From NCBI GenBank assembly GCA_051885305.1, contig JBJEWY010000071.1, forward strand, positions 5,361-69,360: a stretch of 64,000 bases of DNA. The letters are read 5' to 3'. The notes beneath the pieces were generated by a model that saw only the letters and a program-made list of their open reading frames with translations, did no database searches and had not been told where the DNA came from. The stretch is from Succinivibrio sp. GTDB lineage: Bacteria > Pseudomonadota > Gammaproteobacteria > Enterobacterales > Succinivibrionaceae. Each line of letters begins with the position of its first letter. The first letter of the stretch is position 1. The position numbers were made by a program, and so were the translations under genes. This document shows positions 62,620-64,000 of this stretch, piece by piece.

Positions 62620-62961
62620 ATGGAAGTTAAAGCTATACATAAATATGCTCGTTCTTCTGCACAGAGAACTCGCCTGGTCGCAGATCAGGTTCGCGGTTTA
62701 CCTGTTCAGAAAGCTCTGGATTTATTAAAGTTCAGCCCACGTAAGGCTGCTGCAATTATCCGCAAGGTATTGCTCTCTGCTGTTGCTAACGCAGAGCACA
62801 ATAATTCTATGGACATCGATTCACTCGTTGTTTCAAAGATTATGGTAGATGAGGGTCCATCTCTAAAGCGTATCATGCCACGTGCTAAAGGCCGTGCTGA
62901 TCGTATTGTGAAGCGTACTTCTCACATCACCGTTGTTGTAGCTGACGAGGTTAGGGAGTAA
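62620..62961 (+). CDS. rplV: 50S ribosomal protein L22
   Basis: [32 protein letters not shown]; ATG 62620 follows a GGAG SD (ATG 62605 is an alternative start). Confidence 0.97.
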   Translation: MEVKAIHKYARSSAQRTRLVADQVRGLPVQKALDLLKFSPRKAAAIIRKVLLSAVANAEHNNSMDIDSLVVSKIMVDEGPSLKRIMPRAKGRADRIVKRTSHITVVVADEVRE

Positions 62962-62963
62962 TT

Positions 62964-63749
62964 ATGGGCCAGAAAATTAATCCAAACGGAATCAGACTGG
63001 GTATCACCAGACCTTATTCATCAGTTTGGTATGCATCAACTGCAAATTTCCCTGCTAACATCAAGAGCGATTCTGCAGTTCGTAAATATCTGACCGGTGA
63101 GCTCAAGAACGCATCTGTTTCAAAGATCGTTATTGACCGCCCAGCCAAGAGCATTCGCGTAACCATCTGCACTGCACGCCCAGGTATCGTTATTGGTAAG
63201 AAGGGTGAAGATGTTGAGAAGTTACGTCAGAAGATTTCAGCTATCGCTGGTGTTCCTGCACAAGTTAACATCTCAGAGATCCGCAAGCCAGATCTTGATG
63301 CTAAGCTTGTAGCAGACTCAATTGCATCACAGCTCGAGCGCCGTGTAATGTTCCGCCGTGCTATGAAGAAGGCAATTCAGAACGCAATGCGTGCTGGTGC
63401 TAAGGGTATCAAAGTTGAAGTATCAGGCCGTTTAGGCGGTGCCGAAATTGCTCGTTCAGAGTGGCTCCGTGAAGGTCGTGTACCTCTTCACACTCTTCGC
63501 GCTGATATCGATTATGCTCTGTCAGAGGCTATTACAACCTATGGTGTAATCGGTATTAAGGTTTGGATCTTCAAGGGTGAAGTTTTAGGTGGACTCCCAC
63601 TGACCCAGGAAGAGACCGAGGACCGTAGCAATGCAGCTGCTCCAGCTGGTCGTCGTGGCCGTCGTGATGATAACCAGGCTCGTAACGGCCGTGGTCGTCG
63701 CGGTGCTAAGAAGACCGATGAAGCATCAGCTTCAAAGGCTGCTGAGTAA
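62964..63749 (+). CDS. rpsC: 30S ribosomal protein S3
   Basis: [45 protein letters not shown]. Confidence 0.98.
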   Translation: MGQKINPNGIRLGITRPYSSVWYASTANFPANIKSDSAVRKYLTGELKNASVSKIVIDRPAKSIRVTICTARPGIVIGKKGEDVEKLRQKISAIAGVPAQVNISEIRKPDLDAKLVADSIASQLERRVMFRRAMKKAIQNAMRAGAKGIKVEVSGRLGGAEIARSEWLREGRVPLHTLRADIDYALSEAITTYGVIGIKVWIFKGEVLGGLPLTQEETEDRSNAAAPAGRRGRRDDNQARNGRGRRGAKKTDEASASKAAE

Positions 63750-63763
63750 CGGAGGAAGTATAA

Positions 63764-64000
63764 GTGTTACAACCTAAACGTACAAAATATCGCAAGACTC
63801 AGAAAGGTCGCAATGAAGGCTTAGCATACGCAGGCTCAATTGTTTCTTTTGGTGAGTTTGGTCTTAAGGCTACATCTCGTGGTCAGGTAACTGCCCGTGA
63901 GATCGAAGCTGCACGTCGTGCTTTCACCCGTGAGATGAAGCGTGAAGGTAAAGTCTGGATTCGTGTATTCCCAGATAAGCCAATCACTCAGAAAGCTTTG
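63764..64000 (+). CDS. rplP: 50S ribosomal protein L16 (3' truncated, GTG start; missing from the ORF track)
   Basis: GGAGG SD, then GTG TTA CAA CCT AAA CGT giving [16 protein letters not shown]...IEAARRA...WIRVFPDKP. Confidence 0.96.
   Translation, partial: MLQPKRTKYRKTQKGRNEGLAYAGSIVSFGEFGLKATSRGQVTAREIEAARRAFTREMKREGKVWIRVFPDKPITQKAL

Overview
AT-rich bacterial chromosomal window, mostly core genes. Gene content and protein style point to a gammaproteobacterium, probably Aeromonadales/Succinivibrionaceae (inference, not verified). Housekeeping genes include trkH, menA, rnb, prlC, pssA, recG, typA, glnL-glnG, engB, gmk-rpoZ-spoT, ompA, rpmBG, coaBC-dut, argH, ddl, trxA, polA, lpxH-ppiB, cysS, yicC, pyrE, queH and the start of the S10 operon. 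I saw no mobile elements, CRISPR arrays, rRNA or tRNA genes. The most interesting signal is a nitrogen-scavenging module in three parts. (1) A complete guanidine uptake and degradation operon (ABC transporter, cgdAB, carboxylase, atzF) has a guanidine-I riboswitch at its head and a second, guanidine-II riboswitch hidden inside the operon just before the carboxylase. (2) The NtrC lacks the GAFTGA sigma-54 contact loop and has altered Walker A and B motifs, yet NtrC-type boxes sit upstream of glnL, the PII gene and (as half-sites) the guanidine operon. (3) An orphan NifI1-type PII protein carries Glu at the normally conserved Gln39. Also notable: a tandem menA paralogue that has lost its catalytic Asp motifs, a perfect FNR box before a DASS transporter and a perfect CRP box between rpmB and coaBC.
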